From Terriglobia bacterium (lineage in GTDB: Bacteria > Acidobacteriota > Terriglobia > 20CM-2-55-15), in NCBI GenBank assembly GCA_036496425.1, contig DASXLG010000068.1, forward strand, positions 350-64,349: DNA of 64,000 nt, given 5' to 3'. A program made the translations under genes and the position numbers. The notes below the pieces were generated by a model. It was not told where the DNA came from, did not search any database, and worked only from the letters and a program-made list of their open reading frames with translations. Shown here one piece after another: positions 28,038 through 36,007 of the stretch (its first letter is position 1; each line of letters starts with the position of its first letter).

Positions 28038-28346
28038 TTAGTCGAGAAGCCGGAGAGCTTCGGCGTTCACCCAACCCTGATCAGGGAATCCACGCGCCCA
28101 TTCGGGGGGACTTACACGGCGAACCTCGTGCCAATGAGGTTTTTCGATCCAGTCCAGGAATTTTCGCAGGTTCGCGCGCACATCTTTCGCGGCGCCGTGT
28201 TGCAACAGGGTGGCGGTTATGCCGTTATCCGCCAGGGGCCGGAAACCATTGAACAGTGCTGTGTGGCCGCCGAAACCGTCGGCATCAACGTTGGCGCGGC
28301 CATTGACGTCGGCGCCATGCGCCCGGAGCCAATCGAGATCTTGCCT
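28038..28346 (-). pseudogene. start-less C-terminal remnant of an ankyrin-repeat gene
   Basis: The reverse frame reads RQDLDWLRAHGADVNGRANVDADGFGGHTALFNG...ADNGITATLLQHGAAKDV...LRLLD*. It is bounded upstream by an in-frame TGA (28347-28349) and has no Met in its 102 codons. Confidence 0.55.
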
Positions 28347-28467
28347 TCACGGAAGTCGACGGCGAGGCAAATGACCAAATTCAATTGGGTAATCTGGTCG
28401 TCTGGTCGTTTGACAAGTACATCTGACATTCGACATGGGACATTTGACGTTTGACAGCCTGGCGAGC

Positions 28468-29784
28468 TCAGCCACCATCGTACTGCAAAACATTCAGACC
28501 GGCGTTCCAGTCGCTGACGTAGATTAAACCGTCGGTCGTGACATATATATCCGCGGCTTTGGCGGCGAGGGCGACATTCGGGCGGGGATCAATCAACTTC
28601 TTCGGCGCCGGAGGGATCCAGGATGCGATCTCTTTCGGAGCGAACTGATCCTTGATATCGAAGACGCGAACGCCGGCATTGTTGTACGTCGCAAAGATCG
28701 TCTGCTCGCTTTGGTAACTGCCGGGGCGGTTTTCATGAAGATTGTGCGGGCCGAAGGTGCCCAGTGCGCAGAAGTCTCGTTCCTTAGGCGTCGGCATCGT
28801 GGCAATAGGAACCGGATTTTCCGGTGCGCGAACGTCCACCACGAACGTATAAAACAGTCCTTTGGCGCACATCTCGGCATTGGCTTCATCCGCGACGATG
28901 ACCAGGTCGCGGCCCGGCAGCGGCAGCGCCGTGTGCGTGCCCCCGGGAAACGGCGGCGACCAGTTGACCCGGCCGAGCAGTTTCGGATTCGCCTTATCAG
29001 TCAGATCGTGCACGGTCAGCCCGCCGTCGCGCCAGGCTCCGTAGCCACGGTTCCCCGCGGTCAGCATGTGATGCAGCGCGACACGCTTTCCGGGCGCCAG
29101 CGTCGAGGCCTCTCCCGCGGCCCGGTTCATTCCCGGCAGCCACCAGCGCGAAACAATTTCCGGCTTCGTGATGTTCTGAAGATCCACGATGCATAGGATG
29201 TGATCCGTGAAACCGTCGAAATGTGCCGCGACGTAGGCGTAACGCCCTCCCGGCCACCACAGTCTGTTGATGCCGAGGCCGGGCATCTCCAGGAAGGCGA
29301 TCTCCTTCATCGCAGGCGGTCGAGAGATATTGTGAATGCTCAAGCCGGAGCGGAATTTCTTCCGGTTCGTAATGCTGTCCGCGAGCGCATTTTCAAAATA
29401 GCCGCGCAGATTGTCGTACGACTGCATGGCGACAATATTGGCGCCGTTCGCCAGCAGCAAGAGATCTTCCGCAACCTGCAAATGGTGGGTACGCGTGTAA
29501 TCGCCGCCGGTGAAAAAACCGACGGGCTTGAGATGCCGTGGGTCGCTCGCATCGAGAGTCGTCAGGCCGTTGCTGAACATGTGCCCGACATACAGATGAT
29601 TCCGGTTCAGCATGATCTGCACGCTGTCCGGCCTGCCGCTGATGTCGCTGTACGAAATGTGGCGGATGCCGCGTCCGATCCCCTGTGGAGGCACCAGCGT
29701 CTGTTCCACGGAACGTCCGGACTGAGGAAGATACAAAGACGCCGCGAGACCGAACATTGTTTTCATCTGCTCGCGGCGGGTCAT
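28468..29784 (-). CDS. secreted beta-propeller protein (LVIVD-repeat-like)
   Basis: 438 aa. The N-terminus is MTRREQMKTMFGLAASLYLP. Repetitive beta-strand motifs end in GLIYVSDWNAGLNVLQY. The family call is from memory. Confidence 0.55.
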   Translation of the reverse strand: MTRREQMKTMFGLAASLYLPQSGRSVEQTLVPPQGIGRGIRHISYSDISGRPDSVQIMLNRNHLYVGHMFSNGLTTLDASDPRHLKPVGFFTGGDYTRTHHLQVAEDLLLLANGANIVAMQSYDNLRGYFENALADSITNRKKFRSGLSIHNISRPPAMKEIAFLEMPGLGINRLWWPGGRYAYVAAHFDGFTDHILCIVDLQNITKPEIVSRWWLPGMNRAAGEASTLAPGKRVALHHMLTAGNRGYGAWRDGGLTVHDLTDKANPKLLGRVNWSPPFPGGTHTALPLPGRDLVIVADEANAEMCAKGLFYTFVVDVRAPENPVPIATMPTPKERDFCALGTFGPHNLHENRPGSYQSEQTIFATYNNAGVRVFDIKDQFAPKEIASWIPPAPKKLIDPRPNVALAAKAADIYVTTDGLIYVSDWNAGLNVLQYDGG

Positions 29785-29790
29785 CGATTT

Positions 29791-30540
29791 CTACTTTGCC
29801 GGTTTCTCTTCGGTCTTGAGGAAGTCGTTAAAGGTGCCGTTGTCCTCGCAGATCAATTCGGTAATGTTCCAGCCCTTGCGCAACTGAAAGGTCAGCTCGG
29901 AAGTCCACGGCTTGGTGTAGGCCTTCGGGTCTTCGATCGTGAGATTGATCTTCAAGGTGTTCGCATCGACGCGGCGGAAACGCTCGACAACATGCATGTC
30001 TTCGCTGTGGGGATGGCCGGCGCGATCGAGCCAGGTCTTGTCGTTGAAGCCGATGGTGTCGGCCACGAGCGTATCGCCTTCCCATTTACCGATCGAGTCT
30101 CCCATCCATGTCGGCCCCAGGTCGGTGGAGTGTTTTCTTCCGTCGGTGAAGATCTGGCGGACAAAGTGATTGAACTCGTAGACCATCAGGATGCGTCCCG
30201 GCGTCTGAATGATTTCCATCGGAAACGGGTGAAGGTAGATGCGCGGAACGCCGGGAGGGAAGCATCCGATCGTGTCACCCGTCGTGGGATTGACGGGGTC
30301 ATTGGAATCCGCGACGCCGTCGGGTCCGAACGACGGCTTGTTGCCTTTCATTTTTTCAACAGCCCACGGCGTCATCGGAGGTATCTGCGCCATGAACGTC
30401 GAACTGAGATATCGCGTGGCCGGCGTGCTCCGGATAAACCAGACTCCCGACATGTCCGGCTCGGCGGCGAAGGCGCTGGCTGCCGCCGCAGCAATGACGA
30501 ATACAAACCCGATGGCCCGTTGACGCATATTCAACTCCAT
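29791..30540 (-). CDS. secreted hypothetical protein
   Basis: 249 aa with the signal peptide IGFVFVIAAAAASAFAAEP. An alternative start at ATG 30528 follows GGAG. It lies 5 nt after the DUF6152 gene's stop. Confidence 0.6.
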   Translation of the reverse strand: MELNMRQRAIGFVFVIAAAAASAFAAEPDMSGVWFIRSTPATRYLSSTFMAQIPPMTPWAVEKMKGNKPSFGPDGVADSNDPVNPTTGDTIGCFPPGVPRIYLHPFPMEIIQTPGRILMVYEFNHFVRQIFTDGRKHSTDLGPTWMGDSIGKWEGDTLVADTIGFNDKTWLDRAGHPHSEDMHVVERFRRVDANTLKINLTIEDPKAYTKPWTSELTFQLRKGWNITELICEDNGTFNDFLKTEEKPAK

Positions 30541-30545
30541 TACCG

Positions 30546-30917
30546 TTATTCGAGATCGCTCGGCAACGGTTGTCCCTTCAGAACGACTTTCGTAATGCGG
30601 ATCGCATTGCCGCCGTCTTTAGCCGGATAACCGGTCAGCGAAATGGCATCTCCGGACTTCATGATGTCCTTGTTCCAGCCGACACGAACCAGACGATTCG
30701 GGCTGGTCAATTCGCCCTGCCACTTCCGCACCGTGCCACTCTCATCTTTAGCAGTCATGTAGATCAGCACATGAGGATTCACAAAATGGAACTCCGTCAC
30801 GTTGCCGGTCACCGTGATCTGCTTCGAGGTTTCGTAGGCCGCGGCCGAGTGGTGGGCCAGAAGGAACGCAGGAAGCAAAAAAAGGCTGCCGGCGATAAAA
30901 GAAAGTCTCGCTTTCAT
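30546..30917 (-). CDS. DUF6152-family secreted protein
   Basis: 123 aa. After the signal peptide comes AHHSAAAYETSKQITVTGNVTEFHFVNPHVLIY...GWNKDIMKSGDAISLTGYPAKDG, which matches the DUF6152 pattern as I remember it. Confidence 0.65.
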   Translation of the reverse strand: MKARLSFIAGSLFLLPAFLLAHHSAAAYETSKQITVTGNVTEFHFVNPHVLIYMTAKDESGTVRKWQGELTSPNRLVRVGWNKDIMKSGDAISLTGYPAKDGGNAIRITKVVLKGQPLPSDLE

Positions 30918-30954
30918 ATAAGGATGCCTCCGTGCCGTTTATTCTATTGGAAGT

Positions 30955-31020
30955 TGGATCATTAGAGGTTTCTGCATTTCAAATTTAAAATGAAAAAACC
31001 TCGAATGATGCAACTTGCAA
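30955..31020. repeat. conserved intergenic stem-loop element, copy B
   Basis: The outer stem pairs TGGATCATT (30955-30963) with AATGATGCA (31004-31012), with 1 mismatch. The inner stem pairs GAGGTTT (30965-30971) with AAACCTC (30996-31002). The loop CTGCATTTCAAATTTAAAATGAAA matches copy A. Confidence 0.7.
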
Positions 31021-31044
31021 TAATTTCTCCGTTTGCTTCCTTCT

Positions 31045-32118
31045 CTAACCAGCCAGCCGCAAAAGCTTGATCAGGTTTCCGCCGAGGATCGCTTCCTTTT
31101 CAGTGTCTTTCAGATATGTGGCCTGGAGAATCAGGTCGACCGGCGCGGGCCAGTTGTAGGGAACATCGGTTCCGTAGACAATCTGGCTCGATCCGACTTC
31201 CGCAACCAGATGCCGCAAGCCTTCATCGCTGAAAATCATGGAATCCACGAGAATCTGCTGTTTGAAGTACTCCCGCAGGTGTCTTTTATTCCCGCAATTG
31301 GCGATCTGAGTTCGGCCGGTTCCCGGCAGCTGGACGTCACACGCGACATCGGTGCGGCCCAGATATGAAGTCAGGTATCCGCCGGCGTGGGCGGCGCAGA
31401 TCTTCACGCGGGGAAAGCGATCGAGAGCGCCATCGAAAATCATGCGGGAGAGGAAGTACGTGGTCTCGAGCGGATTGCCGATGACATTTCCGAAATCGCC
31501 CAGCGCGCGGTCTTTGACGATATTTGCGGCATTCTGAGGGTGGACGAAGACCAGAACTCCGAGTTCCTGCACCTTTGTCCAGAAAGGATCGTATTTTGGC
31601 GACGACGGAATCTCGCCCGCCACGTGGCCGCCGATACCGACGCCGCGCAGCCCAAGCTTCGTGACCGCTTCATCCAGTTGCTCCGCCGCCATATCGGGAT
31701 GCTGTAAGGCGACGGATGCCAGACCGGCAAAGCGCTCGGAGTGTGCTTTGCACCAGTCGGAGAGTCTCCCGTTCTGAGTTTGGATGATCCGCCGCGCCAG
31801 CTCGCGGTCTGTTTCGTACCACCACGCGCCTTGATGACTGAGAACCTGAATGTCGATCCCTTGCTGATCGAGAACCTGCAGCCGCTGAGGTCCCAGCACC
31901 AGCGGCCCGTTCATGTTGTCGGTGATATTGGGAGCGAGTTTCGTATCCTTGATGAGATTCAATTCTTCAGGCGCAATGAAGTGGCCGTGGATATCGACCA
32001 CCTTGACACGCTTCCTGCCGACCGACACCTGCCGCCGCACGGGTGCAAGGCCCTGCGCGAAGACAGCTCCGCACATCACGCGAGCGGCAACTTGGATGAA
32101 ATCCCGGCGGCTTTGCAT
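31045..32118 (-). CDS. Tat-exported amidohydrolase-2 family metal-dependent hydrolase
   Basis: MQSRRDFIQVAARVMCGAVFAQG is a twin-arginine signal. VVDIHGHF is the metal site, and the C-terminus is ...GTDVPYNW...ILGGNLIKLL. Confidence 0.75.
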   Translation of the reverse strand: MQSRRDFIQVAARVMCGAVFAQGLAPVRRQVSVGRKRVKVVDIHGHFIAPEELNLIKDTKLAPNITDNMNGPLVLGPQRLQVLDQQGIDIQVLSHQGAWWYETDRELARRIIQTQNGRLSDWCKAHSERFAGLASVALQHPDMAAEQLDEAVTKLGLRGVGIGGHVAGEIPSSPKYDPFWTKVQELGVLVFVHPQNAANIVKDRALGDFGNVIGNPLETTYFLSRMIFDGALDRFPRVKICAAHAGGYLTSYLGRTDVACDVQLPGTGRTQIANCGNKRHLREYFKQQILVDSMIFSDEGLRHLVAEVGSSQIVYGTDVPYNWPAPVDLILQATYLKDTEKEAILGGNLIKLLRLAG

Positions 32119-32197
32119 GGAAGGCTCCTTGTCCGGCGGGCTGATGGTATAACAAATTCCGTGCGACGACGTAGTCGCGTTTGAGCGGGATCAGGCT

Positions 32198-32597
32198 GCA
32201 GTGCTGCTCTGGCGACTCCAGCGCTGGAATCGATTCAGCAGTGCTGCTTCGGCGCTTCCAAGGCTGGAATTCGGTTAACAGTGCTGCTGTTTCGGTTGCA
32301 GCGTTGGAGTTGAATCAGCGGCGCTGCTGTCTGAACTCCAGTCTTGGAATCGATTAAGCAGTCCTGCTGTGGTGTTTCCAGCGCTGGAAACAATTTAGCA
32401 GTGTTGCTCCGGTGGGAGCAGTCTTGCAAACGATGGAGCAGCACTGCTGCGGCGGGAGCAGTCCTGGAAAGGCGTGAGCAGCACTGCTCCCGCCGGAACA
32501 GCGTTGGAAACGATTTAGCAGTGCTATTCCGGCGGGAGCAGTCCTGGTAAGGACTCAGCAGTGTTGCTCCGGCATTTCCTGCACAGCAGCGAAATCG
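32198..32597. repeat. tandem array 2: 10 units of exactly 40 bp, no spacers
   Basis: Units start at 32198, 32238, 32278, 32318, 32358, 32398, 32438, 32478, 32518 and 32558. The consensus is GCAGTGCTGCTCCGGCGGGAGCAGTCCTGGAAACGATTTA. Some units carry the palindrome TTCCAGCGCTGGAA, and the unit head flips between GCAGTGCTGC and GCAGCACTGC. Confidence 0.9.
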
Positions 32598-32615
32598 CGC
32601 CTACAGCAGAGCGAC

Positions 32616-32654
32616 CGCAACCTGTAAGTTGCGCACCGCAACCTATAGGTTGCG
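32616..32654. promoter_or_regulatory. two adjacent palindromes (GCAACCT..AGGTTGC) 21 bp apart; operator and/or terminator
   Basis: CGCAACCTGTAAGTTGCG (32616-32633) and the perfect 18-nt palindrome CGCAACCTATAGGTTGCG (32637-32654). The second is followed by TTTTT (32655-32659). Confidence 0.5.
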
Positions 32655-32803
32655 TTTTTCGCCGGGCCTCTTCTTGTCGACATTTGCAAGTTGCTGATTT
32701 TCAAGGACTGGCATTCGAACGGGCGATTGGTACGGCCCGTGCCCTTAGGATGCCGTTCGTTGGAATTCAATCGCGGGCTGCGGCCCGCAGAAAGGAGAAA
32801 GCT

Positions 32804-33445
32804 ATGACACAGACGACACCGATCAAAGCCACGCTGGGTTTCAAGAAAAACTCAGCCAAGGATGTTCTGGCGCGTGTGAACGCGGTCCTCGGTGGGATTT
32901 TCACGGATACGGACGACTACCCGAATCCGCCCATCGATCAGGCGACACTGAAATCGCAAGCCGACGCACTGTCGGCCGGCATTTCGGCGGCGCTCGACGG
33001 CGGCAAGAAAGCCATTGCCGAACGGGAACATCAGAAAGCCGTTGTCATCAAGTCCTTGCGTCAAATCGGACAGTACGCCGAGGCGAACTGCAAGGACGAG
33101 ATAACGATCTTTCTGAAGAGCGGATACAACGCGGTCTCTTCGACGCGTACTCCGGCTGTGCCGCTGTCTGCAGCCTTCCGGAAGATCGTTCCGGGCGGCA
33201 ACAGCGGCCAGATTCTGGTGACGCTCGTGGCCCAGGCCGCCGCGTTCAGTTATGTATTGCGCTGGGCTCCGGCCGCGGCGGGCGGAACGCTCGGCACCTG
33301 GATCGAGCAGCCGGTGGGCAACACTCGTCCGCCGGCGCTGGTAGCCGGGTTGATCCCGGGCACGACCTACGTTTTTCAGGTTCGTGCCGTCACGAAGGCC
33401 GGTTATTCCGACTGGAGTGACTCCGTCACGCGGATCGCCACTTAG
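32804..33445 (+). CDS. fibronectin type III domain protein
   Basis: ATG 32804 follows AAAGGAG. The C-terminal part, LRWAPAAAGG..PGTTYVFQVRAVTKAGYSDWSDSV, is FN3-like. The ORF-track start at 32561 runs through the repeat region. Confidence 0.65.
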   Translation: MTQTTPIKATLGFKKNSAKDVLARVNAVLGGIFTDTDDYPNPPIDQATLKSQADALSAGISAALDGGKKAIAEREHQKAVVIKSLRQIGQYAEANCKDEITIFLKSGYNAVSSTRTPAVPLSAAFRKIVPGGNSGQILVTLVAQAAAFSYVLRWAPAAAGGTLGTWIEQPVGNTRPPALVAGLIPGTTYVFQVRAVTKAGYSDWSDSVTRIAT

Positions 33446-33499
33446 ATCCGTTTGACCATTGCAGGGGGAAGGGAGTGTGCCTCCATCCCCCATGCAAAG

Positions 33500-34348
33500 T
33501 CAGTTTGCAGAAGGTTTCTGAAGGCTGTCGATGATGAGCATCTCCACCGGCCCTTTCGTGGACTGTAATTTCAAACCGAGCTGTTCCTCGATCGCAGTGA
33601 TGAGCGAAGGGCCGGCGGGATCGCCCGGCGGAGGAGGCGGTGGCGCTGCATTGCCGCGCGGTTCAAACGGCAGTGGAGTGCTGAATACGTCGGGAGTCCA
33701 CTGGAGATGGAAGTCATAGAGTCCCGGCAGTCCGGTTTTATCGATCGCCCGTCTGCCCGCGAGCTGACCAATCGTCAAAACGGCGTTTTCCATCGAAACC
33801 GCTGCGCCTTGAAAATCGCCTCGCGCCATTCGCATACCTCCGCGGGGAGCAGTTCCGGGGCGCGGCGGTCCGTCGCCAGGCGCAGGCGGCGTTTGATCCT
33901 CGGACAGCTTCATCTTCAGTCCACCCTTCGCAACTGTGACCTCATACATGGGCACCTCGCGGATCTCTCGATGGACCTTCATCTGGAACCGGTCCTCCAG
34001 CAGGGATTGGACCATCAGATTGATCGTGTCCGGTTTAGTGAAATCCGGCAGTTTTGTTCGCGGCGGCACAGAACCTTCGGGAGCTTTTGCTTCGATGTCC
34101 CAGAGGTCCGTATCGGCCCAGGCTGGCTTCGCCGAAAAGTCGACTCGCGTTCCAGGATAGGCGTATCCGATCAGGACGGTGAGCGGCACGCCGGTCGCGA
34201 CGAATCGTCCGCCTGGCTCGTCACCAACATGTGGCCGCGCGGTGGAATTGCCTTTGATGGATGCGATCTCAAACGATGGCCTCGCTGGAGCGGCCGTTTG
34301 CGACAACGCAGAAATTGCGGCAGCGACCATAACGATGATGAATTTCAT
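33500..34348 (-). CDS. TIGR03435-family periplasmic protein
   Basis: A signal peptide is followed by PSFEIASIKGNS, LLEDRFQMKVHREIREVPMYEV, IDKTGLPGLYDFHLQW and ITAIEEQLGLKLQSTKGPVEMLIIDSLQKPSAN. This family is expanded in Solibacter-type Acidobacteria. Confidence 0.75.
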   Translation of the reverse strand: MKFIIVMVAAAISALSQTAAPARPSFEIASIKGNSTARPHVGDEPGGRFVATGVPLTVLIGYAYPGTRVDFSAKPAWADTDLWDIEAKAPEGSVPPRTKLPDFTKPDTINLMVQSLLEDRFQMKVHREIREVPMYEVTVAKGGLKMKLSEDQTPPAPGDGPPRPGTAPRGGMRMARGDFQGAAVSMENAVLTIGQLAGRRAIDKTGLPGLYDFHLQWTPDVFSTPLPFEPRGNAAPPPPPPGDPAGPSLITAIEEQLGLKLQSTKGPVEMLIIDSLQKPSAN

Positions 34349-34361
34349 GAAGATCTCCCGA

Positions 34362-36002
34362 CTAACGATGCCGGTTTCTGGCCAGCGTCATCGAGGCCAG
34401 GCCCAGCCGGCCTAACGGCATAGTGGAAACAGCGACAAGAATCAGCAGAAGCCGAAGACGATTCACGTCGGGAGGCAGCAGCGGCCGAAGCCCGTTCCAT
34501 ATCAGGATGGCGAGGGCGATCAGGCAACACGTGCCGCAAATCCAGACGATCAGGTATTGCCGGAGCTGTTTCGCCGGCACGCCGCGCCAGGCCACAACAG
34601 ACAAACCGAATTTAACGATCAGGGCTGCGACGGCGATCCACAACCCGGCCGTCAGAACGTCTTCGCGTTTCTGGAAGATCCATGCGAACAGAGACTGTTT
34701 ATTCTGTCCGATCACGGCCAGACCGATGAGCCCGACGACCGGCAATACCGCATAAGGTATCGCCGACGAGGCATAAAACATTCGGTTGCCCCAGAGGCCC
34801 AGCCAAAGCCCGTCCACCAGAAATCTCCACGTGAGGAACAATCCAGCAGCGACCGAAAGGACCAGAATTACAGATCCGGAATATTCGGACCCCGCTATCG
34901 CGTATATACGAACCCGAAGCTGCTTCAACGACTCGATGTTTGCCCCGGCAGGAATCCAGATCGAAAGAAAGACGAAGACCAGGAGCCAGGAAATTAACGC
35001 GCTGCATGCGGCTACTTTGGCCTTGATCATCACCAGATCATGGGTAGTCAGCGGGCGCACGGCCAGGAAAGACGTAAGCGTCATGTCTTTGGACCAGAAG
35101 TCGGGTTTGGAAAATCCTTTTCCGATCGGGAGGGCCAGAAGGATCGGCATTGCCAGAGCCGCGGCCAGAATCCGCAAGGTGCTCTCCGCCTCACGGCCTG
35201 CGTAGATCGCAATCGGCCCGAATACGAGCAGGAGCAGCAGGCCTACATAAAACGGCAACACACGGCCGGACCTTCTCCATTCGAACCAGAATTGAGCCGC
35301 CGCGGGCGAATCGAAAGGCGTGGACCGGCGCTGCCGCCGGTCCGAAAATCGGCGCGCGAACACTTCTCTTTCCCGAAGTTCACCGGCGTTGGCGGCCCTG
35401 GATCTCCGGCGAGCAACGTGTCCCCACGAAACAAGTAAAGCAGCGGTCATTACAAGCAGGAGTTCGGCAATCCGAACGTTTTCGAGTGCCTGAGCATTGG
35501 CCTCGGGCACCAGAGGAAACCCAAAAGCAATCAGCCAGATCGCCACGATACCGAGAACGACAATCCGCATCACGCCGAATGAATCGAGAACCCAGAGTAT
35601 GCCTTGATACAGCACCACGAACGTAATGAGCTTCATGGTATTGAAGCCGTTCACTTCGAAACCATTGAAGGAGGTCCATGCGAAGCGGACCAGCAGAATC
35701 GAGACGACTGCGAAAACCGTCGGGACGGCGACCAATACGGCCGACGAAACCGGCAATGTATACAGCCGCTCCGGAAAACCGGCCGCTTGCCGTTGCGGGT
35801 TCGTTTCGGTGTAGTTGAGTAGCCCGAAGACAAACAGGTGGGAGATCAGGAAAAGCAGCGTCGGGACCCCGCCGTTTACATACACGTTCGGAACAACAGC
35901 CATCCAGATCCGGCCGAACAGAATCATCCCAATGATCAGCCAGGCCCAGCCGCGGTTTTTCCGCCAGATTTCCCATGCCAATGCCGTCAGCGGTGAGCGC
36001 AT
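34362..36002 (-). CDS. multi-pass membrane protein, probable permease partner of the adjacent ABC ATPase
   Basis: 546 aa with more than 10 hydrophobic segments. It lies 5 nt downstream of the ATPase gene. Confidence 0.6.
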   Translation of the reverse strand: MRSPLTALAWEIWRKNRGWAWLIIGMILFGRIWMAVVPNVYVNGGVPTLLFLISHLFVFGLLNYTETNPQRQAAGFPERLYTLPVSSAVLVAVPTVFAVVSILLVRFAWTSFNGFEVNGFNTMKLITFVVLYQGILWVLDSFGVMRIVVLGIVAIWLIAFGFPLVPEANAQALENVRIAELLLVMTAALLVSWGHVARRRSRAANAGELREREVFARRFSDRRQRRSTPFDSPAAAQFWFEWRRSGRVLPFYVGLLLLLVFGPIAIYAGREAESTLRILAAALAMPILLALPIGKGFSKPDFWSKDMTLTSFLAVRPLTTHDLVMIKAKVAACSALISWLLVFVFLSIWIPAGANIESLKQLRVRIYAIAGSEYSGSVILVLSVAAGLFLTWRFLVDGLWLGLWGNRMFYASSAIPYAVLPVVGLIGLAVIGQNKQSLFAWIFQKREDVLTAGLWIAVAALIVKFGLSVVAWRGVPAKQLRQYLIVWICGTCCLIALAILIWNGLRPLLPPDVNRLRLLLILVAVSTMPLGRLGLASMTLARNRHR

Positions 36003-36007
36003 GATTT

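Noticed and set aside
27838-28454. ORFs running through the arrays (27838-28032, 27894-28454, 32235-32444, 32344-32550, 32555-32770)
   Set aside because: Periods of 41 and 40 bp are not multiples of 3, so the frames rotate through the repeat, and stops occur in every frame. These ORFs are by-products of the repeat.
32727-32743. Possible second sigma-54 promoter TTGGTACGGCCCGTGCC upstream of the FN3 gene
   Set aside because: The GG-N10-GC spacing is right, but the -12 element is GTGCC rather than TTGCW and no activator is adjacent. It is too weak to list as a feature.
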